From an uncultured Gammaproteobacteria bacterium (lineage in GTDB: Bacteria; Patescibacteriota; Microgenomatia; UBA10105): a stretch of DNA of 64,000 bases. The stretch is from assembly GCA_964412165.1 (NCBI GenBank), contig CAYPMW010000001.1:16316-80315 (forward strand). Direction: 5' to 3'. A model generated the notes under the pieces. That model ran no database searches. It was not told the DNA's origin and saw only the letters and a list, made by a program, of their open reading frames with translations. The stretch's first letter is position 1; each line of letters opens with the position of its first letter. The translations under genes were made by a program, and so were the position numbers. Positions 10,433-20,766 of this stretch are shown here, in pieces.

Positions 10433-11721
10433 TGTTTAGGAAATTAATCGTCCACGGTTTGGCGTTGAGCACTTCAAAAACTGCACAAAATCTTTACTGG
10501 GTTTTTGCCGGAAATGGATTTCTCATTGTGCTTACTTTCTTTGCCACCATTCTTGTAGCTAATTCTGTTTCTAAAGCTGATAATGGGATTTTTTTAGCCC
10601 TTTTGACGCTAGCAAATCTTTTGTCCGAATTAGGCGAGGCAGGTCTTGGATCATCGTTGTCAAGTTTCATCCCCGGGTTGTTACTCATACCAAGCAGTCA
10701 AAATCAACGTGAGGCTAGAACATACTTATCTACCGCATTTAAACTGGAGGTATTTATAAGTTTAATTCTCGGGTTTGGCGTACTCGTTCTTTCATTTCCA
10801 TTATCACGTTGGATTTTTGCTGGTACAAACCCAGTACATGTAATCTTTACAGGGTTAATTACTTCCGTACTCGTGCTGTTTGGTTTTTCCAATTTCGCTC
10901 TTTCTGCATATAAAAAATTCCGGGAAGTAGCGATGATGAATATATTTTACAGTGTAATACGATTAGTGTTGTTGGTATTATTCGCTTTTCTATTCAAACT
11001 TTCAGTGCTTTCCATCCTTATAATCTATCTTCTATCATTTGGCTTTGGATGGATTATTTCCATAATGCTAATTAATAAACAATTTATATTTGAAAAAGCT
11101 TCAAAAGCACATGCTTTGAAACTTATTAAATTTTCAAGTTTACTTGCGATCCAAAAAATCTTTATATCTATATCGAGCCGGTTAGATCTTCTAATGCTCG
11201 TGCCACTCTCAAGTGCAGTAGAAGCAGGAATATATGGTATAGCACAACGTTTTGTACTTATTTATCCCGTAATTATTGGAAGTTTGGGCCAAGTTTTGGC
11301 GCCTCAGTTTGCTGAATTTGCAAAAGGTCATCAGGCAATGCAATTTTTTAAAAAAACTGGAATAGTGATCACGCTGCTACTTATTTCAGAGCTTTTATTT
11401 TATATATTTGCAGAACCTTTAATGTCTCTATTAGTACCAAAATATCAGGAATCAATTCCAGTGTTTCGAGGTTTACTAATCGCCATTACTGGATTTATTA
11501 TTGCGACACCTTTTACTTCATTTCTGATATACACTCTAAAAAAAACGCACGTTACTACTTTTGCCTCGTTTATACAACTGTTCATAATATTTTTATTTAA
11601 TATCTATTTCATACCGAAATATGGAAGATTTGCTCCAGCCATAGGAATTGGAATAGGAAATGTAGTCAGTTGTTTGATTGTAATTGGTGCGAGTGTGTAT
11701 TACTTAGGTAAAGAATCATGA
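10429..11721 (+). CDS. wzx: Wzx/MOP-family oligosaccharide flippase
   Basis: About 12 TM; ELGEAGLG, RLDLLML, AGIYGIAQR, LAPQFA. Confidence 0.85.
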   Translation: MMFRKLIVHGLALSTSKTAQNLYWVFAGNGFLIVLTFFATILVANSVSKADNGIFLALLTLANLLSELGEAGLGSSLSSFIPGLLLIPSSQNQREARTYLSTAFKLEVFISLILGFGVLVLSFPLSRWIFAGTNPVHVIFTGLITSVLVLFGFSNFALSAYKKFREVAMMNIFYSVIRLVLLVLFAFLFKLSVLSILIIYLLSFGFGWIISIMLINKQFIFEKASKAHALKLIKFSSLLAIQKIFISISSRLDLLMLVPLSSAVEAGIYGIAQRFVLIYPVIIGSLGQVLAPQFAEFAKGHQAMQFFKKTGIVITLLLISELLFYIFAEPLMSLLVPKYQESIPVFRGLLIAITGFIIATPFTSFLIYTLKKTHVTTFASFIQLFIIFLFNIYFIPKYGRFAPAIGIGIGNVVSCLIVIGASVYYLGKES

Positions 11722-12836
11722 GAGTTGCGATTGATATATCACAAATTGCTTATACAGGTACTGGAATAGAAACTTATACTCGACAGTTAGTAATATCACT
11801 CATGCGTACACATCCAGAGGTTAATCTGATATTATTTGGATTCTCTTTGCGTCAGCATAAAAAATTAACAGATTTTTTAGACCTATTATCAAATGATTTT
11901 GTTAGAGAATCAGCGAAAATATTTTGGCTGCCATCAACAGTTCTCTCATTACTGTGGAACCGTGTACATCGAATTCCAATTGAAACTTTCATCAATCATG
12001 TGGATTTGGTTCATACCTCCGATTGGACTGAACCACCAAGTCATATGCCAAAGGTTACTACTATTCATGATCTCATGATTTTTAAGTATCCAGAAAATTT
12101 TCCCTCAGCAATTATTGATAATCATAAGGCGAAATTATTTTGGGTGAAAAAAGAAAGTAAACTCGTGATTGCGGATTCAGAAAGCACAAAACGAGATATA
12201 ATTGAATATTTGCAGATTCCCGAAAGTAAAATTAGGGTCATATATCTTGGTGTGGATGCTCAATTCTTTCCTCAAACTTCTGAATCAGTCCTCAGGATAA
12301 AAAAACGATATGGGATAAGGAAAGATTATTTATTATGCGTTGGGACTCAAGAACCTAGAAAAAATTTATTTCGTATAGCTCAAGCGTTTAAACAATTAAA
12401 CAGTCATGCTATAGAATTAATAATAGTGGGTAATCCAGGTTGGGGTAATCCTATTAGAGGTAATGAAAATATTAAAGTAGTTGGATATGTAGAGAACAAA
12501 GATTTAGTTTCGCTATACTCGGGAGCAATCGCTTTTATATATCCTTCTTTATATGAAGGTTTCGGTTTACCGCTGCTTGAAGCTATGGCATCAGGGACTC
12601 CGGTATTAACTTCAAATCGTGGTAGTTTAGCAGAAATTGCTGGGAATTTTGCGCATACTATTAATCCAGATCAGACTGAGGATCTGGCCAGCGGAATAAA
12701 GTTTTTGGTCGATATGCCCGAATCAAGAAGAAAAGAAATGATACAAAAGGGAGTACATCATGCTCGGACTTTCACGTGGGAAAAGACTGCTGAGCAATTA
12801 TATCATGTATATCAAGAAATAGTAGAAGGGCTATAA
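11718..12836 (+). CDS. GT4 glycosyltransferase (mannosyltransferase MtfB/WbaZ-like)
   Basis: TIHDL, EPRKN, YPSLYEGFGLPLLEAMASG. Confidence 0.92.
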   Translation: MRVAIDISQIAYTGTGIETYTRQLVISLMRTHPEVNLILFGFSLRQHKKLTDFLDLLSNDFVRESAKIFWLPSTVLSLLWNRVHRIPIETFINHVDLVHTSDWTEPPSHMPKVTTIHDLMIFKYPENFPSAIIDNHKAKLFWVKKESKLVIADSESTKRDIIEYLQIPESKIRVIYLGVDAQFFPQTSESVLRIKKRYGIRKDYLLCVGTQEPRKNLFRIAQAFKQLNSHAIELIIVGNPGWGNPIRGNENIKVVGYVENKDLVSLYSGAIAFIYPSLYEGFGLPLLEAMASGTPVLTSNRGSLAEIAGNFAHTINPDQTEDLASGIKFLVDMPESRRKEMIQKGVHHARTFTWEKTAEQLYHVYQEIVEGL

Positions 12837-13930
12837 TGTACATAGGAATCGATGCATATGAAGCGAATACTCAGAAACGAGTAGGTATTGGTCAATATGC
12901 ATATCAGCTATTAGTGGAACTGTATCAGACAGATAATAAAAATTCCTACAGATTATTTTTACCTGATAAGCCTCTTTCTGATTTGCCACCGTCCAGATCC
13001 AATTGGAGTTACATAGTTGGAACACCCGGAAAATTCTGGACAATTCACCAATTACCACAACTTCTTAAAAATACTCCAGTTGATCTATTTTTTTCTCTTA
13101 CGCATTATATTCCATGGTTTACAAATATACCTAAAATCTTTTCGATAATGGATCTATCATATATTCATTATCCCTGGATGTTTAATATAAAGGATTATTT
13201 TCAATTACGATATATGACTCACCATTCGGTGATGCATGCACAGAAAATTGTTACCATTTCCCAATTTTGTAAAAGTGAAATAATCAAATTCTATTCATTT
13301 CCAGAAAACGATATAATCGTAATTTACCCCGGGTTATCGAAACTACCAAATTTGTCACCACACGAAATGAGAGTTTTTTTTGATAAATATGATATTTCGA
13401 AAAAATATATCTTATTTGTGGGAACAATTCAGCCGCGGAAAAATATTGTCAGATTAATTGAAGCATACAATAAACTTAATAAAGATATTCAATTAGTAGT
13501 AGTTGGAAAATTGGGCTGGAAATATAAGCCAATTCTGAATGCAATGAATACTAGTTCTAAAAGAGATCAAATATTGATTTTGGATTACGTCAGTTCTCCG
13601 CAGCTGCGATTATTATATGAACATGCTGAGTGTTTCGTATTGCCGTCGCTATATGAAGGATTTGGAATTCCTGTCCTTGAGGCGATTCAGTATGGATGTC
13701 CAATAGTTGTATCAAAACGTTCTAGTTTACCTGAAGTAGCGGGTGAAGCAGGAATCTATATCGATCCTGAAAATAGCGACGATATTGCGCATGGGCTTGA
13801 GATTGCTTTACAATTAAATCCGGAGGAAAAAAATGTGCTGATCAAAAAGGGGCGTGAGCATATAAAAAAATTTAGTTGGAAGTTAAATGGTAATCAATTA
13901 CTTAATTTGTTTAATACTTTTGTATATTAA
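12836..13930 (+). CDS. GT4 glycosyltransferase (MtfB-like)
   Basis: QPRKN, PSLYEGFGIPVLEA. Confidence 0.92.
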   Translation: MYIGIDAYEANTQKRVGIGQYAYQLLVELYQTDNKNSYRLFLPDKPLSDLPPSRSNWSYIVGTPGKFWTIHQLPQLLKNTPVDLFFSLTHYIPWFTNIPKIFSIMDLSYIHYPWMFNIKDYFQLRYMTHHSVMHAQKIVTISQFCKSEIIKFYSFPENDIIVIYPGLSKLPNLSPHEMRVFFDKYDISKKYILFVGTIQPRKNIVRLIEAYNKLNKDIQLVVVGKLGWKYKPILNAMNTSSKRDQILILDYVSSPQLRLLYEHAECFVLPSLYEGFGIPVLEAIQYGCPIVVSKRSSLPEVAGEAGIYIDPENSDDIAHGLEIALQLNPEEKNVLIKKGREHIKKFSWKLNGNQLLNLFNTFVY

Positions 13931-13945
13931 TAGTTTTAAAGGTTT

Positions 13946-14539
13946 ATGAAAGATCGTATGGGACGAGACTTGACGACACAGGAAGTCATTCAAAAAGTTA
14001 TCCAAAGGATAAAATGGATACTTTTAGATATTGAACTTATGTTTTTAACGATAACTGGTTATATACCCATTCATACTATTCGGAAAATTATTTACCGATT
14101 AGCAGGTGTGCGGATAGGTAAAGGATCAACATTACATATGTGGGCAAGATTTTATAATCCTCGTAATATTACCATTGGTGAAGGATCAATAATCGGAGAT
14201 CATGCGATGCTTGATGGAAGAGAAGAAATAAAGATCGGTAGTCATGTCGATATTACATCATGGGTAATGATTTATAACGGAAAGCATGATTATGACAGCG
14301 AGGATTTTCACTCAGTATTTGCTCCAGTGAAAATTGAAGATTATGTGTTTATCGGCCCACGAGTCATCATACTTCCCGGCATAACTGTGGGGAAAGGGGC
14401 AATTATTGGTGCAGGTGCGGTGGTTACAAATAATGTGGAAGCTTATACCATTGTAGGCGGAGTTCCAGCAAAGACCATTGGTATACGAAAAGTAAAAGAT
14501 CTTCATTACCGACTAGGGTGGGCACGATTATTCCAATAA
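13946..14539 (+). CDS. Hexapeptide-repeat O-acetyltransferase
   Basis: LbH repeats, IGAGAVVT..V..GGVPAK. Confidence 0.9.
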   Translation: MKDRMGRDLTTQEVIQKVIQRIKWILLDIELMFLTITGYIPIHTIRKIIYRLAGVRIGKGSTLHMWARFYNPRNITIGEGSIIGDHAMLDGREEIKIGSHVDITSWVMIYNGKHDYDSEDFHSVFAPVKIEDYVFIGPRVIILPGITVGKGAIIGAGAVVTNNVEAYTIVGGVPAKTIGIRKVKDLHYRLGWARLFQ

Positions 14540-14634
14540 GTAAATAGAGTAATTTATCTGCTCAAATGAAGCTAAACAAGAGTGATTATAAAGCCTATAT
14601 TAATTTTCATTGTACAACTTTGACCGTCAATCCG

Positions 14635-14643
14635 TGGTATAAT
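14635..14643 (+). promoter_or_regulatory. Extended -10 promoter
   Basis: TGGTATAAT 11 nt before ATG 14655. Confidence 0.5.
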
Positions 14644-14654
14644 ACCGTACTTAA

Positions 14655-17600
14655 ATGGTGATGGGGTTAAAAAAAATTCTTGAATGGACTGATACCAATC
14701 TCCTGTTCGTTTTGACAGGATTTTTACTTGCTTTTATCCCTCTTTATCCTAAATTACCTCTTTTTGATGTGATTCCAGGCTACATAGTCAGAGTCAGATT
14801 AGAAGACTTTTTAGTTTTATTAGTAATGGTAATCTGGATTATTCAGATGGTGCGTAAAAAAGCCTCATTTGGACCAAATCCATTAAGTATACCGATACTA
14901 ACGTATCTCCTAATCGGTTTCTTGTCTACATTATCGGCGATTTTTATTACTAAAACGGTTCCGTACGACGTGTTTCATATTGGAAAACTCTACCTTCATT
15001 TTTTCAGAAGAATAGAATATTTCTCTTTATTTTTCATTTTTTTCACTGCTGTCAAAACGAGAAGACAGTTAAAGATTTATCTGTTAATCATCGTTTTAAC
15101 CGTAATTTCTGTTTCGTTGTATGGGTATGGTCAAAAATATTTATACTGGCCAGCTTTTTCAACTATGAATAGAGAGTATGCAAAAGGTTGGGCGCTTTAT
15201 TTAACACAACATGCGCGTGTCATATCCACCTTTGGAGGACATTATGATTTAGCAGCATTTGTAATGATAGTTTTAATTTTATTATGGTCGATTTTGTATG
15301 GGTTAAAAAACGTGTATGCCAAAATCGGAGTCCTATTAGGAATAGCTACTTCATTTTGGTTACTGATTCTAACTGCTTCAAGAACTTCCTTCATTGCCTA
15401 TATGGTAGGAATTACTCTACTTTTTTTCCTATGGACGCTACGTAAAGGATTAAAATGGGCGCTTATTCGTTGGGGTATAGCGGTATTTTTAAGTATGACC
15501 ATTATGCTCACACTTGGGGATTTATCTGAGCGATTCACCAAATTATTAAAAATTGAAGCTCGTCTGAGTGGTATTAAATCATTATTATTTAAACCTCTCG
15601 GAAAACCACCAAGTGGCAACCAAGTCGTGTTTTTGGAAAATAATATTGAAGCAGTTACATCTAAAAGTGATTTTCCACCGCTTCCTGTAAGACCAGGTGA
15701 TGTGATTGAAGATTTTCCAGATGGCATAGAAGCATCAAAAACTGCATCAGGATCAATTACCTTTACTGAGCGTCCACGAACTTATTCTAAAACTGCATTA
15801 GTATATGATCTTTCTACAGGAATTCGATTGGATGCTCTTTGGCCAAGAGCTATTGAAGGATTTAAAAGAAATCCGATATTGGGCTCAGGATATTCAACAC
15901 TCACAAAGATACAAATACAAGAATTTACCGAAGCTGAATCCACTGACAACGATTACCTGCGGGCTTTAGGCGAGACCGGTTTACTTGGTTTTTTTGCTTT
16001 TGGATGGATCTTGTTTACTATTATAATTACGATCTGGAAAAAAAGCCCTTATATTGAAGATAGCGCACTTTATTCTATCTTAGTTGGATTACTAGCCATA
16101 ATAATTGGGTTATTGGTAAACGCAATATATATTGATGTTTTTGAGGCATCAAAAGTAGCATTTTTCTTTTGGGCACTAACGGGTATAATCCTGGGAGGAT
16201 TAAAACTAGTTAAGGAGAATGTTAATATTCGTAGGCACAATTCTCTAGGTATTTCAGATTTAGGACTAATCATCTTTTCAAAATTTATCCAATTAATTAA
16301 ACTAGAAAAAACATATATCATATTATTAGTACTTTTAGCTTTTGTTTTACGTAACTATAATATTAATGAACCACTTGCAGACTGGCACTCATGGCGGCAA
16401 GCAGATACTTCTGCCGTTACAAGAAATTATGTTAGATATGGAATTGATCCGCTCTTTCCTCGTTATGATGACGTCTCATCCTTACAATCTGGTAGACCTA
16501 ATCCTCAGGGGTACCGATTTGTTGAATTCCCGATATACAATATTTTGTCAGTTATAAGCGATAATTTTTTTCCCAATTCAGTTGAATATGCAGGTAGATT
16601 AACTTCAGTTATCGCATCTTTAGGTACACTCATATTGCTATTTAAACTTACACGTAAATACTATTCATTTAAAGTGGCTTTTCTAACCGGCTTTTTTTTC
16701 GCCGTTCTCCCGTACAATATATATTGGTCACGAGTCATACTTCCTGAACCAACATTAGTTTTTTTCACGACAGCCTTACTTTATTGGTTTGACTCATGGC
16801 TTGATACAAATAAACATCGCTATTTAATCATCGCTTCAATAATGGGCGCATTCGCTTTGCTAATTAAATTTACAACCCTTTTTTTTATAGTACCTATACT
16901 TTATATGTGCTGGAAGAAGTGGGGTATAGGATTATTTAGCAAATTATCATTGTATATTTTCGCTATTGCCATAATTACCCCATTTATTCTGTGGCGATTA
17001 CATATTTCCCAATTTCCTGAAGGGATTCCAGCTTTTATGTGGTTATTTAATGGAAATAATATTCGGTTTAAGGGGGCATTTTTTTGGTGGCTATTTGCAG
17101 AAAGGATTGATAAACTAATTTTAGGTGGATGGGGGGTAGTGCTCTTGGTATTGGGATTAGTTAGAAAATCGAGTTCTTTTAACTCACCGAGTAAATTAGG
17201 CTTTCCAACTGACTCAAAACAAAACCTATTTTATTATTGGTTACTTGGACTACTTCTCTATTTAGTTATATTCGCGACAGGAAATGTACAGCATGATTAT
17301 TATCAAATTATTCTTGTTCCAATCATATCATTTTTTCTTGCTTTAGGTGCGGATCTCTTGTTAACGAATAATTCTCTTGTATCGAGTGCTGTATCGCGAA
17401 TCGTTTTTTTCGTAATAGTACTATTTATGCTTATGTTTGGATGGTATCAAGTTAGAGATTTTTATAACATAAATCATCCAGAAATTATTGAAGCAGGAGC
17501 AGAGTTTAACAAATTAGTAGATAATGATCGTGTGAAAGTGATTGCTCCCTATGGTGGAGATACTGCATTTTTGTATCAAACAAATCGTATGGGATGGCCG

Positions 17601-17801
17601 ATTATGGAAGGATCAATCGACGATATGATTGCCAAGGGGGCACATTATTATATCAGTGTCAAGTCAGACGACTTGACAAATGAATTAGATGCAATTGCCA
17701 GTGAGGGGACAGATGTGAAACACCAATTTAAACTAATTAAGAAGACAAATTCATATATAATTATCCAACTGGTACCGGACAAATTACTACCCAAAAAATA
17801 A
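14655..17801 (+). CDS. Fusion: N-terminal O-antigen ligase (Wzy_C/WaaL-like) plus C-terminal GT39/PMT_2 glycosyltransferase
   Basis: N-half: LTASRTS, IR..LWPRA..F..NPILGSG, DNDYL..LGETGLLG; C-half (from about aa 550): WRQADT, EFPIY, GRLTS, WSRVILPEP, LIK; no internal stop. Confidence 0.8.
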   Translation: MVMGLKKILEWTDTNLLFVLTGFLLAFIPLYPKLPLFDVIPGYIVRVRLEDFLVLLVMVIWIIQMVRKKASFGPNPLSIPILTYLLIGFLSTLSAIFITKTVPYDVFHIGKLYLHFFRRIEYFSLFFIFFTAVKTRRQLKIYLLIIVLTVISVSLYGYGQKYLYWPAFSTMNREYAKGWALYLTQHARVISTFGGHYDLAAFVMIVLILLWSILYGLKNVYAKIGVLLGIATSFWLLILTASRTSFIAYMVGITLLFFLWTLRKGLKWALIRWGIAVFLSMTIMLTLGDLSERFTKLLKIEARLSGIKSLLFKPLGKPPSGNQVVFLENNIEAVTSKSDFPPLPVRPGDVIEDFPDGIEASKTASGSITFTERPRTYSKTALVYDLSTGIRLDALWPRAIEGFKRNPILGSGYSTLTKIQIQEFTEAESTDNDYLRALGETGLLGFFAFGWILFTIIITIWKKSPYIEDSALYSILVGLLAIIIGLLVNAIYIDVFEASKVAFFFWALTGIILGGLKLVKENVNIRRHNSLGISDLGLIIFSKFIQLIKLEKTYIILLVLLAFVLRNYNINEPLADWHSWRQADTSAVTRNYVRYGIDPLFPRYDDVSSLQSGRPNPQGYRFVEFPIYNILSVISDNFFPNSVEYAGRLTSVIASLGTLILLFKLTRKYYSFKVAFLTGFFFAVLPYNIYWSRVILPEPTLVFFTTALLYWFDSWLDTNKHRYLIIASIMGAFALLIKFTTLFFIVPILYMCWKKWGIGLFSKLSLYIFAIAIITPFILWRLHISQFPEGIPAFMWLFNGNNIRFKGAFFWWLFAERIDKLILGGWGVVLLVLGLVRKSSSFNSPSKLGFPTDSKQNLFYYWLLGLLLYLVIFATGNVQHDYYQIILVPIISFFLALGADLLLTNNSLVSSAVSRIVFFVIVLFMLMFGWYQVRDFYNINHPEIIEAGAEFNKLVDNDRVKVIAPYGGDTAFLYQTNRMGWPIMEGSIDDMIAKGAHYYISVKSDDLTNELDAIASEGTDVKHQFKLIKKTNSYIIIQLVPDKLLPKK

Positions 17802-17802
17802 T

Positions 17803-18999
17803 ATGAAAGTCCTCATGTTAACGCCCTACTTACCCTATCCACTTATCTCAGGTGGTCAAATCAGATCCTATAATTTATTAAAAAATTTAGCTTTTAAACA
17901 TAATATTACTTTAGTAGCGCTTATTAAAAATGAAGTAGAAAAACAATATATCTCACATATTCAAGAATTCTGTGAAAAAGTAATTGTGGCGAAGCGTCCA
18001 GAGAAACCTTGGACTTTTTTGAATATTATTAAAACCGGTTTGGGATTCTATCCTTTTCTAGTGGTTAGAAATTTTTCAAAAGACGCGAAGAATGCAGTGA
18101 TCAATGAACTTAACACAGATAAATTTGATTTAATACATGCTGAAACGTTTTATGTCATGCCGCATATTCCCAATACAAGTATACCTATACTTCTGGTAGA
18201 GCAAACCATAGAGTATTTAGTTTATCAACATTTTGTTGATACGATGAAAAGTATTCCACTGAGATTCATTTTCTCACTAGACGTATTCAAAATTCGTTTT
18301 TGGGAAGAATTTTTTTGGAAACGGGCGGCTCGGATTGTCGCTATGTCGAAAGCTGATAAGCATGTTATGACTGTACATCTTAAGGATCTTCATGTTTCAA
18401 TAGTTCCAAATGGTGTGGATATTACATTTTTCAAATATCGGAAAAAGTATGTTTCAAAAAACCCAAAAATTCTATTTGTTGGTAATTTCAAATGGTTACA
18501 AAACAGAGAAGCTGTAAATGTATTAGTAAACGAAATCTGGCCTATCATATCATCTAAAATATTAAATGCAGAGTTGTGGATAGTCGGTAAATTTCCCACG
18601 AATGAAATTCTTTCAATGCAGAATGACCGGATTAAAATTTCTGATAATATTCATGATATTCGTTTTGCATACCATACTTCTGATGTATTACTCGCTCCTA
18701 TTTATGGTCCAGGTGGGACACGATATAAAATACTTGAGGCAATGGCATCAGGTATTCCCGTAGTGACAACTCCACAAGGAATTGAAGGACTCGATGTGCG
18801 GGACGAAAAAGAAGCGATAATCCGTAACAACGTTACAGACTTAGCACGTGCCACCATAAAACTTTTAACTAATGATTCTCTTTACCAAATGATATCTATT
18901 AACTCAAATGAGTTTGTACGCAACACGTACAATTGGGCAATTATTGCTCAAGCTCTGGACGAGATTTATAACGAGGTGGCATATGACAAAAAAAATTGA
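17803..18999 (+). CDS. GT4 glycosyltransferase
   Basis: PYPLISGGQIR, VPNGVD, GGTRYKILEAMASG. Confidence 0.9.
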   Translation: MKVLMLTPYLPYPLISGGQIRSYNLLKNLAFKHNITLVALIKNEVEKQYISHIQEFCEKVIVAKRPEKPWTFLNIIKTGLGFYPFLVVRNFSKDAKNAVINELNTDKFDLIHAETFYVMPHIPNTSIPILLVEQTIEYLVYQHFVDTMKSIPLRFIFSLDVFKIRFWEEFFWKRAARIVAMSKADKHVMTVHLKDLHVSIVPNGVDITFFKYRKKYVSKNPKILFVGNFKWLQNREAVNVLVNEIWPIISSKILNAELWIVGKFPTNEILSMQNDRIKISDNIHDIRFAYHTSDVLLAPIYGPGGTRYKILEAMASGIPVVTTPQGIEGLDVRDEKEAIIRNNVTDLARATIKLLTNDSLYQMISINSNEFVRNTYNWAIIAQALDEIYNEVAYDKKN

Positions 19000-19867
19000 T
19001 TTGTCTATAGTTATCGTCTCTCATAATACACGATTACTCCTCAAACGATGTTTAGATACCATGTATTCCAGCTTGTCTAGAGCTCCTTTTACCTATGAAG
19101 TAATCGTTGTTGAAAATAATTCGACTGATGGCACCTTAAAAATGCTCAAATCTTATAAATCAGTAAAAATTATCCTCAACCCCTCAAATTATGGGTATGG
19201 GAAAGCAAATAATCAAGGGATCATGTCTGCAAGAGGCGAAGTGATATTACTTTTAAATTCAGATATTGAAGTACTGAATAATGCAATAGGAGTATTATTT
19301 GCATTTTTTTTGGCACAACCGCAAAATTCTTTCGTAGGAGGGAAATTATTTAATTTAGATTTGACACCACAACCATCATGCGGACCGGCATATTCGTTAA
19401 AGAATATTTTTGTTGCCTTATTTTTAAAGGGTGATTTTAGAGGTAATACAAGATATTCACCAGACACTACGACTGAAGTTGACTGGATTATGGGGTCTTG
19501 CATGATGTTTCATAAATCAATAACAAAGGAAGTGGGTTATTTTGATGAAAACATTTTTATGTATATGGACGAAATAGATTTACAGTATAGAGCCAAAAAA
19601 TTGGGATATAGAATAATTTTTTACCCCGAAGCCAAATTTATACATGTTGGATCTGGAAGTAGTAAAGGGCGTGAACTTCCTATCTTAAATGTTTTTCGCG
19701 GTTTTATTTATTTTTATAAAAAACATTATAATATAGTACATAATCTTATTTTAAGAGTACTATTAATACTCAAATCAAGTATAGCAATCGTGTTTTTTTC
19801 CATATTGAATAATAAATATAATCGAACTATGTATTTAAAAGCTTTAAAAATAGCGTTATCTACGTGA
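18983..19867 (+). CDS. GT2 glycosyltransferase (WbbL/rhamnosyltransferase-like)
   Basis: SIVIVSHN, ENNSTDG, NYGYGKANNQG, LLNSD, FMYMDEIDL; ATG 18983 preferred. Confidence 0.88.
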   Translation: MTKKIDLSIVIVSHNTRLLLKRCLDTMYSSLSRAPFTYEVIVVENNSTDGTLKMLKSYKSVKIILNPSNYGYGKANNQGIMSARGEVILLLNSDIEVLNNAIGVLFAFFLAQPQNSFVGGKLFNLDLTPQPSCGPAYSLKNIFVALFLKGDFRGNTRYSPDTTTEVDWIMGSCMMFHKSITKEVGYFDENIFMYMDEIDLQYRAKKLGYRIIFYPEAKFIHVGSGSSKGRELPILNVFRGFIYFYKKHYNIVHNLILRVLLILKSSIAIVFFSILNNKYNRTMYLKALKIALST

Positions 19868-20766
19868 AAATTGAAGTTTCTATCATTATTCTTAATTATA
19901 ACTCTCAGGATGTTATCCTGAATTGTCTTACTTCAATTCAGAAACATTATAGATCAAAGTTGAAAGATACTTATGAAATTATTGTGGTTGATAATCATTC
20001 GAGCGATAATTCGGTTAAAAATATAAAAGCATTATATCCAGGTGTATTAATTATTGAGAATGATTCGAATGTAGGATTTTCTAAGGGCAATAACCAAGGA
20101 GTTAAAAAAGCCCATGGAAAATATGTATTGTTTTTAAATCCCGATACGCTATTTACTGAAAATGCTCTCGGTCCACTCGTGACATTTATGGATAACCACA
20201 AAGACGTTGGAGTAGCTACTTGCAAAGTTGTATTACAAAATGGGAAGATTGATGACGCATGTCACCGAGGCTTTCCCACTCCTTGGAGAGCATTGACCCA
20301 TTTTACAGGTTTAGGTGTTATTTTTCCGAATTCTATGCTTTTTAACGGATACCATCTCGCATATAAAAGTATTCGAATACCCCATGAGATAGATGCATGC
20401 GCTGGTGCTTTTCTCCTTATTAGGTCAAGTATTGGTAGAAGGTTGCGTTGGCTTGACGAAGATTATTATTGGTATGGTGAAGATTTAGACCTGTGTTACC
20501 GCGTAAAACAATTAGGATACAAAGTGATGTTTCTCCCTCAATATAAAATCCAGCATATAAAAGGAATATCGAGCGGGATAAAAAAACATTCAAAAAAATT
20601 TTCAATAGCCTCAAAACAAACACAGATCACCGCAACCAAATCTCGGTTTGAAGTGATGAGATTATTTTATAATAAACATTACTTAAATTATTATCCTAAT
20701 TGGTTAACAAAATTAGTATTTCTTGGGATTGATATGAAAGAACAGCTAACTCGGTGGAAATTATGA
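19864..20766 (+). CDS. GT2 glycosyltransferase (WbbL-like)
   Basis: VDNHSSD, NVGFSKGNN, FLNPD, YGEDLDLC. Confidence 0.9.
   Translation: MKIEVSIIILNYNSQDVILNCLTSIQKHYRSKLKDTYEIIVVDNHSSDNSVKNIKALYPGVLIIENDSNVGFSKGNNQGVKKAHGKYVLFLNPDTLFTENALGPLVTFMDNHKDVGVATCKVVLQNGKIDDACHRGFPTPWRALTHFTGLGVIFPNSMLFNGYHLAYKSIRIPHEIDACAGAFLLIRSSIGRRLRWLDEDYYWYGEDLDLCYRVKQLGYKVMFLPQYKIQHIKGISSGIKKHSKKFSIASKQTQITATKSRFEVMRLFYNKHYLNYYPNWLTKLVFLGIDMKEQLTRWKL

Noticed and set aside
1759-18995. A/T homopolymers of 8-9 nt in GT genes as phase-variation tracts
   Set aside because: Expected at this AT content; frames are intact and no long G/C tracts were seen
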